DNA of 64,000 bases from Thermoanaerobaculia bacterium (GTDB taxonomy: Bacteria; Acidobacteriota; Thermoanaerobaculia; Multivoradales; Multivoraceae), in contig OY761158.1 in the NCBI GenBank assembly GCA_963664405.1, positions 2,464,001 to 2,528,000 of the forward strand. The letters run 5' to 3'. The notes below the pieces were generated by a model. It did no database searches. It had not been told where the DNA came from and was given only the letters and a program-made list of their open reading frames with translations. Below are positions 10,207 through 20,600 of the stretch, piece by piece (positions within the stretch are counted from its first letter, which is position 1; every line of letters starts with the position of its first letter). The position numbers and the translations under genes were made by a program.

Positions 10207-11031
10207 CTACACGTAGTCGCGACGTAGCACCTCGGCTGAAGCAGTGTCGAGGCGCTCGCTGCGGCGCACTTCCTCGAAACGATCGAGCAGGTCCTCGGGG
10301 CGCAGGCGACGCTTCTCAGATCCCGAGATATCGTGATGGACCCGACCCTGGACCATCATGATCAGGCGATCGCCGAGGGTCGCCGCCTGCTGCATCGAGT
10401 GCGTGACCATCATGGTGGTCAGACGGCCACCCTCGATCGCGCGGCAGCTCAATCGTATGACCTGATCGCCGCTCTTGGGGTCGAGCGCAGCAGTGTGCTC
10501 GTCGAGGAGAAGCAGCTCGGGTCGGCGCCAGGTCGCCATCAGCAGCGTCAGTCCCTGGCGCTGCCCGCCAGAGAGGGTACCGATCGGATTGTCGAGGCGG
10601 TCCTCGAGCCCCATACCCAGACCGCGCACGCGGTCGGCGAGCTCGGCTCGACGCGCCTTGCCTAAGGCAAAGCCAAGGCCACGCCGGCGGCCTCGTCGAG
10701 CGGCGAGTGCGAGGTTTTCGGCAATCGAGAGATCCGGCGCCGTCCCGGAGAACGGGTTTTGGAACACCCGACCGACCAACTGGGCACGGCGGTGCTCGGG
10801 CCAGCGCGTGACGTCGCGACCGGCGAGCCGGATCCGACCGCGGTCGATGGGAAACGATCCCGCCACCGCGTTCAGGAGCGTCGATTTTCCCGAACCGTTC
10901 ATGCCGACGATGATGACGAAGGAGCCACTCTCGACTTCGAGGTCGACACCGCGTAGCGCGCGCACCTCGTTCGCGGTGCCTTCACCGAAGGTCTTGACGA
11001 CTCCGCTGACCTCGACAGAGGGAAGAGTCAT
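10207..11031 (-). CDS. ABC transporter ATP-binding protein (COG1101 type)
   Basis: [26 protein letters not shown] and [12 protein letters not shown]. Confidence 0.92.
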   Translation of the reverse strand: MTLPSVEVSGVVKTFGEGTANEVRALRGVDLEVESGSFVIIVGMNGSGKSTLLNAVAGSFPIDRGRIRLAGRDVTRWPEHRRAQLVGRVFQNPFSGTAPDLSIAENLALAARRGRRRGLGFALGKARRAELADRVRGLGMGLEDRLDNPIGTLSGGQRQGLTLLMATWRRPELLLLDEHTAALDPKSGDQVIRLSCRAIEGGRLTTMMVTHSMQQAATLGDRLIMMVQGRVHHDISGSEKRRLRPEDLLDRFEEVRRSERLDTASAEVLRRDYV

Positions 11032-11981
11032 CGCCCGCCCTCCGCATCCAGCGGCGACGCCGCGGGCCGGCGCGCCCGTAATCGTGCCAGCACCCCCGGG
11101 AGAACGAGAGCGACGAAGACAAAGACCGCCGTCACCAACTTGAGGTCGGTCGGGTTGAGCCCGGCCCGGAGCGCGATCGCCACCAGCAGGCGGAAGAGGA
11201 CCGAGCCCATCACCGCGCCAGTGATCACCAGCCCGATATCGGTCGTGCCCACCAGTGCTTCACCGATAATCACGCTAGCCAGACCCCAGACCACCATCCC
11301 GATCCCCATCTGCACATCGGCGAACCCCTGGTACTGGGCAAGCAGCGCCCCCGCCAGACCGACGAGACCGTTGGCGAGCGCGATGCCGCCGATCTGCATA
11401 TTGCCGACATTGACGCCCTGAGCACGGATCATCTGCTCGTTGTTGCCGGTGGCGCGCATCGCAGTGCCGAGCTGGGTACGCAGGAACATCAGCAGGAGGC
11501 CGGCGACCGAGACCACCAACCCGAAGATCACGAGCAGAACCGAGAGATCGCGGGTAGTCACCGCGAACCCGGCAATCTCGAGCTCAGTCTGGCCGAGCCA
11601 GCGCGTCCCGACCGCCTCGGCCTGCGTCGCAAGCGTTTGAGCAGAGAGTAGGGGCACATTGCTCTTGCCCATGATGCGCAGGTTGATGGAGTAAAGCGCC
11701 GTCATCACCAAGATCCCAGCCAGCAGGCGATTGATCTTGAAGCGCGAATGGAGCACGCCGGTCGCGGCCCCCGCGGCGGCGCCACCGAGGGCGCCGGCGA
11801 GGGTGGCCCACAACGGCGAGACGCCGTCGACCAGCAATACCGCGGCGATCGCGGCGCCGGTCGTGACCGAGCCATCGGTGGTGATGTCCGGGAAGCTGAA
11901 AACGCGGAAGCTGATGAACACACCCATGGCGAGGAGCGAAAGGATGAGGCCGATGCTGAGGGCACCCAGGAGGAGGGCCAT
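11028..11981 (-). CDS. ABC transporter permease (COG4120 type)
   Basis: FPDITTDGS, LAGILVMTALYSINLRIMG, MRATGNN and QYQGFADV.MG.G. Confidence 0.92.
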   Translation of the reverse strand: MALLLGALSIGLILSLLAMGVFISFRVFSFPDITTDGSVTTGAAIAAVLLVDGVSPLWATLAGALGGAAAGAATGVLHSRFKINRLLAGILVMTALYSINLRIMGKSNVPLLSAQTLATQAEAVGTRWLGQTELEIAGFAVTTRDLSVLLVIFGLVVSVAGLLLMFLRTQLGTAMRATGNNEQMIRAQGVNVGNMQIGGIALANGLVGLAGALLAQYQGFADVQMGIGMVVWGLASVIIGEALVGTTDIGLVITGAVMGSVLFRLLVAIALRAGLNPTDLKLVTAVFVFVALVLPGVLARLRARRPAASPLDAEGGR

Positions 11982-11983
11982 GG

Positions 11984-13207
11984 CTACACGCTCTCGCCGG
12001 CCGAAAGGGGAGCAAGCCAAAGAGCTCCGCGTCTGAGCTGACTCTCGCCCAGCCCGTCCGAGGCACGGTCGTCGTGAACCAGGTGTAGCAACCCCCGAAG
12101 GGCCTCGGTCTCGAAGAGGCCGCCAACGACAGCCTCGAGCTCGAGTGGCCCCCGCGGGAGTGGGCGATAGGAAAAGGCCGCCGCGTGAAAGTGCCCACTG
12201 ATGTCGTCGCTCCCGACCGGGCGCAGGAAGGGGGCAAGCACTCCCTCAGCGGCACCGGACCGGACGGCGACGCCAACAATCAGGGCCTGGCACCCCGGCC
12301 ACGCCCGATCCGAGGTGAAGGAGAGCCACTCCCGAACCTGCGGGAATGACAGATCGGGCCGCTCGCTGTCGAGCGCGGGCGAGCGCCGGAGCGCCGCGCC
12401 GACGAGTCCAGCGGTCTCAGCCACCGCCACGATACCCACCGCCTCCGCCTTCACGAGATCGAGGGCCGCGGCGGCAAGAGTAGAGACCTCGATCGGACGA
12501 TCAGTCGCCTGGAAGCGTACGTGGGTGGAGAGAGAGCCGGAGCAGGCCAGCCCGTAGAGCAGGCAGGTCTCGGGACCCGCGGCGCCCTTGGCGAGTAGAA
12601 AATCTGGCACATTGGTGCCGTCGGTCGGCTGATAGACCGCGGCGCCGGCGACGGCAAGGAGCTCGCCGAAGCGGCCGCTACAGTCATCGAAGCCGCCTCC
12701 GAAGGCGCCGATCCCAAGACCGAAGCCACTCACTGGGAAGGTCAGATTGTGGCAGTCTTCGGCGCCGAAGCCCTCTGCGAGCCGCCCCGGCTCGCCGATC
12801 AGCCGGTATTCGAGGGGCACCCGGTCCTCAGCATCCCAAACCTCGAGCGCTCCCCCCTCGATGTCGACGGCGCGGCCGGAGGCACCTACCGCCGCGGGCT
12901 CCTGCGGCTGCAGCACGAGCAAGTCGAGAAGGCCCGCCATCTCGAGCGTAGAACGGACCGCTTCAGACAGACGCGCGAGGCGCATCGCCCCACCGACCCT
13001 GCCGAGCTCACGATGGGCTACGACGAGGGCAGTGATCCCGCCGGAGCTGAGGTAGACGACCCCGGAGAGATCAAGCGAGAGTCGGACGACGCCGTCGCGG
13101 ATCACCTCGTCCAGAGCATTGGTCAAATGATCCGCCCAGTAGGCGTCGAGTCGTCCCTTGACGGCCAGCTCCAAGCCATCAGGTAATGATCGTCGGGTGA
13201 TCTCCAT
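11984..13207 (-). CDS. STAS (anti-anti-sigma) domain fused to a large C-terminal domain
   Basis: N-terminal VKGRLDA...LDLSGVVYLSSGGI STAS motif, followed by about 290 aa ending in GHFHAAAF. Confidence 0.8.
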   Translation of the reverse strand: MEITRRSLPDGLELAVKGRLDAYWADHLTNALDEVIRDGVVRLSLDLSGVVYLSSGGITALVVAHRELGRVGGAMRLARLSEAVRSTLEMAGLLDLLVLQPQEPAAVGASGRAVDIEGGALEVWDAEDRVPLEYRLIGEPGRLAEGFGAEDCHNLTFPVSGFGLGIGAFGGGFDDCSGRFGELLAVAGAAVYQPTDGTNVPDFLLAKGAAGPETCLLYGLACSGSLSTHVRFQATDRPIEVSTLAAAALDLVKAEAVGIVAVAETAGLVGAALRRSPALDSERPDLSFPQVREWLSFTSDRAWPGCQALIVGVAVRSGAAEGVLAPFLRPVGSDDISGHFHAAAFSYRPLPRGPLELEAVVGGLFETEALRGLLHLVHDDRASDGLGESQLRRGALWLAPLSAGESV

Positions 13208-13246
13208 CGATCTTGCGTTCGTGCAGCGAGGCCCGACCATCATACG

Positions 13247-15211
13247 ATGGCCGTCATCATGTGGCCCACGCTACGCCGACTTCTTCTGGGGTTCGCCTTG
13301 ATCGTTCTCGCCTCCGCGGTCCTGCTCCTCTCGGACCGCAACCGCAATCGTCCGTCAGCCTCACAGACGCTCCGCAGAATTGCGATCCTCCAGCACGCGT
13401 CGCAACCGGTCCTCGACGAGGGCGTACGCGGAATGATCGAGGGGCTCGCCGAGGGCGGCTTCGTCGAAGGCCGGAACCTCGAGATCAGGCGTTACAACGC
13501 CGAGAACGACGTCGCCACGGCCAACACCATCGCCGTCGAGATCACCACCGCTCCGAACGACCTGATCCTGACTGCGACCACTGTCAGTCTCCAAGCCGTC
13601 GCCAACGCGAACCAGCGCCGCGGCCGCCTCCACGTCTTCGCCCTCGTTACCGACCCGTTCGCCTCGGGAGTCGGCATTAGTCGCGACAACCCGCTCGATC
13701 ACCCGCCCTATATGGTCGGCTACGGCACGATGCTACCGGTGGTAAAGGCGCTCGAGATCGCCATCACTATGTTTCCTGAGCTCGGGTCTGTCGGCATCCC
13801 ATGAAACGCCGGGGAGACCAACTCGGAGATCTCAACGAAGCTTGCGCGGGAGGCGTGTGCAGAGCGGGGCATTGAAGTGCTCGAAGCTGGGGTCGAGAAC
13901 ACGGCGGCCGTCGGCGAAGCGGTCGCATCCCTGGTCGCGCGCGGTGCCCAGGCCATCTGGTCGCCCGGCGACGTCACCGTCCTAACCGCGATCGACTCCG
14001 CGGTGGCGCAGGCACGGGCTGGCAGAATCCCGATGTTCACCAACATACCCGGGAGCTCAGAGCAGGGCACGCTCTTCGACGTCGGTGCCAACTACCTCGA
14101 GGTGGGTCGACAGGCGGGACTGTTGGCCGGACGGGTCCTCAGTGGCGAAGACCCGGCGACGATCCCGGTCGAGAACTTGGTGCCCGAGCGCGTCACGATC
14201 AACGAGGCTGCACTCGATGGCCTGCGCGATCCGTGGCGCTTCACCGAGGCGTTGCTACGCCAGGCTAGAGCCGACTCAGGGGCGACGCGATCGCGGCCCC
14301 CGCCGGGGCGGCGCTTCCAGATCGACCTGCTCGAGTACGTCGAGGTACAAGACGTCGAGGATGCCGAGCGAGGTATCCGTGACGGCTTCCGCGACGCCGG
14401 TTGGGTCGATGGTCGGGATTTTGTGATCCGCAAGCGGATCGCCCAGGGCGACATGCCGACCCTGCCGGCGCTGGTCGACGCCGCCATCACCGAGGGCACC
14501 GATCTCATCATGACCCTCTCCACCCCGACCCTGCAGGCGGCGCTGGCACGGGGCAGGGACACGCCGATCATCTTTACCTTCTGCGCCAGTGGCGTCGCCG
14601 CGGGAGCGGGCACGAGCAACGACGACCATCTGCCGAACGTGACCGGAGTACCGAGCGCGAGCCCCTACACCGAGCTGGTCGAGCTGGCGCGCGAGGCGAT
14701 GCCCGGGCTCCGCCGCGTGGGTACTCTGGTAGTACCGTCCGAGGCGAACTCGGTCTTCAACACCGCCCAGCTAGTCGAAGAGGCGGGTCGATACGGCATC
14801 GAAGTAGAACAGATGGCGGTCAACGCGGTGACCGAGGTTTCCGACGCTGCCATCGCGCTGTGCGGCCGCGATATCGACGCTATCCTCCAGGTTGGATCCA
14901 ATCTGACCACGTCGTCTTTCGTCACCGTTGCCAAGGCGGCACGCGACGCCAGGGTACCGCTGTGGAGCGTGTTGACCGGCGACCTGGAGAAGGGGGCGGC
15001 GGTCGTGATGGCTCGGGACTACGAAGACGCCGGACACCAGGCCGCCGGTCTCGCAGTGCGCGTGCTCGAGGGCGAGAGCCCGGCCACGATTCCCTTCCAA
15101 CCGCTCACCACCTCGCGGTTGCTCGTCAATCTCGATGCGGCCCGCGCTCAGGGCTTTCGGGTACCGGCGGCGATAGTAGACAGAGCCGAGGTCGTGATCG
15201 GAGAGCCCTGA
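13247..15211 (+). pseudogene. Tandem two-domain ABC substrate-binding protein (COG2984 type) interrupted by an in-frame TGA at 13802-13804
   Basis: ORFs 13247-13804 and 13877-15211 share a frame; the junction reads VGIP*NAGETNS versus GTLVVPSEANS in the second domain. Confidence 0.8.
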
Positions 15212-15214
15212 GCA

Positions 15215-17473
15215 GTGAAGGCCGTCGCCTTTCGGCTGTCGGCTCTGTTCTTGGTGCCGGCGCTGCTCTTCGTCGGGCTCGAGGGCTCGCTACGCATCGC
15301 CGGCTGGGGAAACCCCGCCACCTTCTGGCTGCCGCTAGAGGGCGGCACGACCTACACCACCAATCAGCGTTTCGGAGACCGCTTCTTCCCGCCTCATCTG
15401 GCTCGCACTCCTCAGGTCCAGGTCCTCCAACAGCCTAAGCCCGAAGGGACGTACCGCGTCTTCCTACTCGGCGGCTCGGCCGCGATGGGAACGCCGGATG
15501 CCGCTTTCGGACTCGCTCGACACCTCGAGGCCATGCTCGGAGACCGCTATCCGGGGACGACCTTCGAAGTTTGGAACGCGGCGATGACCGCCATCAACTC
15601 GCATGTGGTGAGGATCATTGGTGGCGACTGCCTCGCACTAGACCCCGACCTCCTCGTGATCTATCTCGGCAACAACGAAGTGGTTGGCCCCTATGGACCT
15701 GGCACCGTCTTCGAGAGCTTCAGCTCGAGTCTGACCCTCATCCGCATGAGTGCTTGGGCCAAGGCCACCCGTACCGGCCAGCTCGTGGCAGCGATCGCGG
15801 CCTCGATCTGGCGTGGCGCCGACGGTCCAGCCGAGTGGGCCGGGCTGAGCATGTTTCGAGAGCGAAAGATCAGCGAAGACGATGCCCGGCTGGAGAGGAC
15901 CTACGGGCATATGCGGCGCAATGTCGGGGATCTGATCGAGGAAGCCCGAGGCCAAGGCGTACCCGTATTGCTCTCGACCGTGGCTACGAACCTGGTTAGT
16001 CATCCCCCGTTCGCCTCGCGTGAGGGCGCCGATCCCGTTATCGAAGAGAGCCACCTCTTGCCCTCGGACGAGGCGATCGACAATCTGCGCCAGGCTCTCG
16101 CCACAGAAGAAGGCTCAGCCGAGCTCCACTACCGCCTTGCCCAGCTCCTCCGCAAGACCGGCCGCATCGACGAGGCCCTGGATCACTTCGTTCGTGCACG
16201 AGATACCGACCTCCTGCGCTTTCGCGCCGACAGCAAGATCAACCACACCCTACGGCTGCTAGGCGACCGAGAAGGAGTAACCCTCGTCGATGCAGACCGC
16301 ATCTTCGCAGAGGCACAGCTCGCCGAGCAGGGCCAGGCACCCGATCTCTTCTGGGAGCATGTTCATCTGACTTTCGACGGCAACTTCCGCCTCGCGAGTG
16401 CGCTCGCGGAGAGCCTGCACCCACTGCTTCCGCTTCCGCTCCAGACAACTCGCGATCGAGGCACGACGCCGTCGCTCGAAGGCATGGCTCGCCGCCTGGG
16501 CGTCAACTCGTGGCACCAATTCGAGATGCTCGACACTATAGGGCGGCTCCTCGAGCGTCCTCCCTTCAACTCGGACCCCAGCCAAGTGGCTCGAGTGCGT
16601 CGATGGCGAGCCGTGCGCCCGGTTCTGGAGCGACGCGCGAGAGAGGGTCTCGAGGCCGCGGCGGAGCAGCAGACCGCGGCGGTCGAGCGAGATCCTCGCG
16701 ATATCCAGCTGCGCGAGAACCTGGTCGACTTGCTCGAGGAGCAAGGACGCCTGAGCGAGGCGACGGTGCAAATGCGTAGCCTCCTCGCTGAGGTGCCGGG
16801 TGTCCGGGCATGGATGACGCGGCTCGCGTTTCTGCTTGCGGAGCAGAATCAATTCGACGAGGCCCGTGAGCTCCTCGAAGATGTGGCTGATCGCTCCCCC
16901 AGGCAAGATCAGCCCCGGGGAAACCTCGGTTTCCTTCTCGAAAGCCAGCAACTCCTCGACCCAGCAGCGGAGCAGTATCTCCTGGCCATCGAAGCTCTCC
17001 CCTCGAGCCTCACGGCACGCTACCAACTCGCGGCCCTACGCGAGCGGCAGTCGAAAGTGGGAGAGGCCCAGGCCATTCTCGAAGAAGCTGCGGCCTTGGC
17101 GCCACTGCAGCCGGAGCCCGCAATCCGTCTGGCCGAGCTCTTCGACCGTCAGCAACGCTTTGACGAGGCAATCGAGCTCTATCGCAAGGCCATCGAGCTC
17201 GAGCCCGAGTCGGGGCAAGTGCACAACAATCTGGGATTTATCCTCGAGCGGACTGGCCGTCTAGCGGACGCCCTGAGGCACTATCAGGCCGCCACCGAGG
17301 TCGACCCCGGCTATGCACTCGCGTACTTCAATCTTGCCGACGGACTCCTCGCCATCAACCGTCCGGCGGAAGCCGCGGAGACCTACAGGGCGGGCTTGGA
17401 GCTCGATCCCGACAACCCGCAGGCGCGCAGCAACCTCGTCATAGCGACCGAGATGACCCTTGGCTCACGCTAA
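15215..17473 (+). CDS. SGNH/GDSL-like domain plus TPR-repeat membrane-anchored protein
   Basis: RVFLLGGSAAMG, IYLGNNE and FWEHVH, then multiple C-terminal TPR motifs. Confidence 0.85.
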   Translation: MKAVAFRLSALFLVPALLFVGLEGSLRIAGWGNPATFWLPLEGGTTYTTNQRFGDRFFPPHLARTPQVQVLQQPKPEGTYRVFLLGGSAAMGTPDAAFGLARHLEAMLGDRYPGTTFEVWNAAMTAINSHVVRIIGGDCLALDPDLLVIYLGNNEVVGPYGPGTVFESFSSSLTLIRMSAWAKATRTGQLVAAIAASIWRGADGPAEWAGLSMFRERKISEDDARLERTYGHMRRNVGDLIEEARGQGVPVLLSTVATNLVSHPPFASREGADPVIEESHLLPSDEAIDNLRQALATEEGSAELHYRLAQLLRKTGRIDEALDHFVRARDTDLLRFRADSKINHTLRLLGDREGVTLVDADRIFAEAQLAEQGQAPDLFWEHVHLTFDGNFRLASALAESLHPLLPLPLQTTRDRGTTPSLEGMARRLGVNSWHQFEMLDTIGRLLERPPFNSDPSQVARVRRWRAVRPVLERRAREGLEAAAEQQTAAVERDPRDIQLRENLVDLLEEQGRLSEATVQMRSLLAEVPGVRAWMTRLAFLLAEQNQFDEARELLEDVADRSPRQDQPRGNLGFLLESQQLLDPAAEQYLLAIEALPSSLTARYQLAALRERQSKVGEAQAILEEAAALAPLQPEPAIRLAELFDRQQRFDEAIELYRKAIELEPESGQVHNNLGFILERTGRLADALRHYQAATEVDPGYALAYFNLADGLLAINRPAEAAETYRAGLELDPDNPQARSNLVIATEMTLGSR

Positions 17474-17651
17474 GCCGCCAAGCTCCACCCTCTCTTGGAT
17501 TCTTCTTCCGCTCGGCCTGGTTGCGATCGGAATCGCTCTCGATCATCTGATCACTGAGGGTGATCTACTCATGCCTCTCAGTCGCTGCTAGCGTGAGAGA
17601 TTAACGATTCATCGAACACAGGCGAGCGCGACCGGGGAGGCTACACGAGTA

Positions 17652-20600
17652 ATGAGACATCAGGTGCAACTACTTCCGGCACTACTGATTCTAGGCATTA
17701 TCAGCCTCGCCTGTGGCGGCGCGGAGGACCCCGATGACTCCGAATCCCCACAAGGGCCGCGGCTGCGAGCCCAGCAGGACGTGGAGGCCGGAACGATCTC
17801 CATCTTCCGAGGAGACGAGGCAGAGCCCATCGTGACCCAGAACGCCAGGCCCGACCACCGGCCCTATCTCCATCCCATCGTCGCCCCGGACGGGAAGGGT
17901 CTGGTCACCGAATACAGCCCCGGGCATCACCCCCATCAGACCGGGCTCTATTGGGGCTTTACAAGAGTCAACGGCCAGACCGTTTCAGAAGACACTCTCA
18001 AGGAGTGGTTCTACAAACGCGACAAGCCCGAGGACATCGCCAGGGCCATCGGTCGCGACTTCTTCCACAATCCCGGAGGAGAGTATTGGCGGTTGAAGTC
18101 GGCATCCGTCATCACAGCCTCCGGAGATGAGGTTCAGTGGCAGACGGTTTACGACATGCTCGATGCGGCGGGTACCGCCATCATCACGGAAACACAGACC
18201 TGGACCATGCGCCTCGCCGAAGGCAAGTACCTCCTCGATCTGGAGTGGGCCGGTGAAGCCAAAACCGACATCACGATCAATGAGTTCGACTATGGCGGAA
18301 TGTTCTTACGCATGCCTTGGCGTAAGGGAATGCGCGGAGAAGCGGTCAACGCGGCGAGGCAGCGTAACGGACAGGCCGAAGGGAAACGCGCCATGTGGGT
18401 GGATGTCGGCATGCAGGTCGAAGGACGCGACGATCTAGCCCACGTCGCGATCTTCGACCATCCGATGAACACCGGTTTTCCGCAGACCTGGCGCGTTGAC
18501 GGCAACCTCGGCGTGGGCCCGGTTCGGGCGCGCATGGGAGATTGGCACATCCCGGAGGGCGCAACCGAGGCCATCCGCCACCGACTGGTCGTCTACACCG
18601 GTGAGCTCGACGACGTCGAATTGACCAACCAGTGGGAAGAGTATTCCGGCGGCGACCGCAAGTACAGCACCGCATCGCTGTGGGAAATCGCCCAGGAAGA
18701 AGGGCTGAAGGAGAAGTTTCTGACCCCGACCGAAGCCGCGGAGTCGATGACTCTGCTCGACGGCTTCGAGGTCAACGCCTGGGCCTCCGAGCCCGCGATC
18801 ACCCAACCGATGGCCTTTTGCTGGGACGATCGAGGTCGTATGTGGGTTGCCGAGAACCGCGACTACGAGAGCCGTGGAACTGGTTTCTCGAATTCCGGCG
18901 ACAGTCGCATCTTGATCTTGGAGGACACCGACCGCGACGGCGTCGCCGACAGCTCGAAGGTGTTCCTGGAAGGTATCCCTTTCCCGTCGGCGATTGCTGT
19001 CGGCTTCGACGGCCTTTTCCTGGGAGCACCACCGAATCTGATCTTTATCCCCGACCGCGATGGCGACGATCGCGGGGACATGGACGACGCGGAGATCCTT
19101 CTCACCGGTTGGGGCATCCGTGATCGCCACGAGACCATCAACAGCTTCCATTGGGGACCCGATGGCTGGCTCTACGGCCTCGAGGGCTTCGCCACTGTCT
19201 CGAAGATCAGAAAGCCCAATGGAGAAGGCCGCTTCTATGGACACAAAGACCCATTTCCGGAAGACCTTCTGGAGGCCAATGGTGTCGACATCAACGGTGG
19301 GGTGTGGCGATATCACCCGACCAAGAAGCGCTTCGAGGTTGTTGGCCACGGCTTCAGCAATCCCTGGGGCATCGACTACGACGCCAAGGGCCAGCTCTTC
19401 ATCAGCGCCTGTGTGATTCCGCATGCCTTCCACGTGGTCCCGGGAGGGATCTATCACCGTCAGGGGGGTCAACACTTCAACCCCTACGTCTACAGCGACA
19501 TCCGTACCATCGTCGACCACCGGCACCGCTCGGCGCATGGTGGTGCGCGGGTGTATTTGTCGGATGCTTTCCCTGAGGAGCACCACGGTCGCCTCTTCAT
19601 GGCCAACATTCACGAGCATGCCGTGCTGACCGACGAGCTCGAGGCCAAAGGCTCGGGCTTTGTCGCGCATCATGGCGATGACTTTCTCTATGCAAACAAC
19701 GCGCAGTGGATCGGGTTCAGCATGGAGATCGGGCCGGCAGGCGCGGTCTATGTATTGGACTGGCACGACGCTGATATCTGCGGCAAAGACGTGCACAACA
19801 AGGACACCGGAAGGATCTTCCGCATCACTCCGAAGGCATCTCAGGCCGAGGACTGGGAGGGTCGCTACGGCGATCTCAAGACGATGCCGAGCACTCACTT
19901 GGTCGAGCTGCAGCTCTCGAAGAGTGCCTGGCACGCACGCAGAGCGCGTGTCGTTCTGCAAGGCCGCGCCGCAAAGGGTGAGCTCGACGAAGCTGCTCAC
20001 GACCGATTGGGTGAGATCTTCGAATCAAACCCGGACGCCGACATCCGCCTGCGAGCGATGTGGGCACTTCACATCACCAACGGCTTCACCGCCACGGACC
20101 TGACGCAGGCCCTGGAAGACAACGATCCTCACGTCCGAGCCTGGGCGGTTCAATTGCTCTGCGAGGATCATGCGCCACCGGCGCCGGCGGTGGAAATGTT
20201 CGCGCGCATGGCACGCGAGGATGAATCGCCCGTCGTGCGCCTCTATCTTGCCGCAGCCCTACAGCGTCTCGAGCACGACGCGCGATGGCAAATCGCACAG
20301 GGCCTGATCGAGCACGCCGAGGACACCGACGACCACAACATTCCGAAGATGATCTGGTTCGGCATCGAGCCTCTTGTAGCGGAGAACCCTGCTCGGGCGC
20401 TCGAGCTCGCGCACCGCAGCGAGATTCCGATGCTCGTCAACTACATTGCCCGTCGTGCCGTAGACGCGAATCAGCTCGAAGCCCTGATCACCTCGCTCGA
20501 GAAGCGATCGGATGCGCGACCAAGTCTGCTGAAGGGGATGCAAGCCGGGCTCGAAGGCCAAATCGATGTAACGCCACCTCAGAACTGGGAGACGGTCTAC

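Noticed and set aside
13802-13804. Selenocysteine or genetic-code reassignment of TGA
   Set aside because: The position aligns with an aromatic residue rather than Cys, I see no convincing SECIS, and TGA ends many normal genes here (for example 4216, 15211, 25210).
17652-18650. Methane monooxygenase subunit PmoA
   Set aside because: This is a soluble domain of a misleadingly named family; there are no pMMO membrane helices and no pmoCB.
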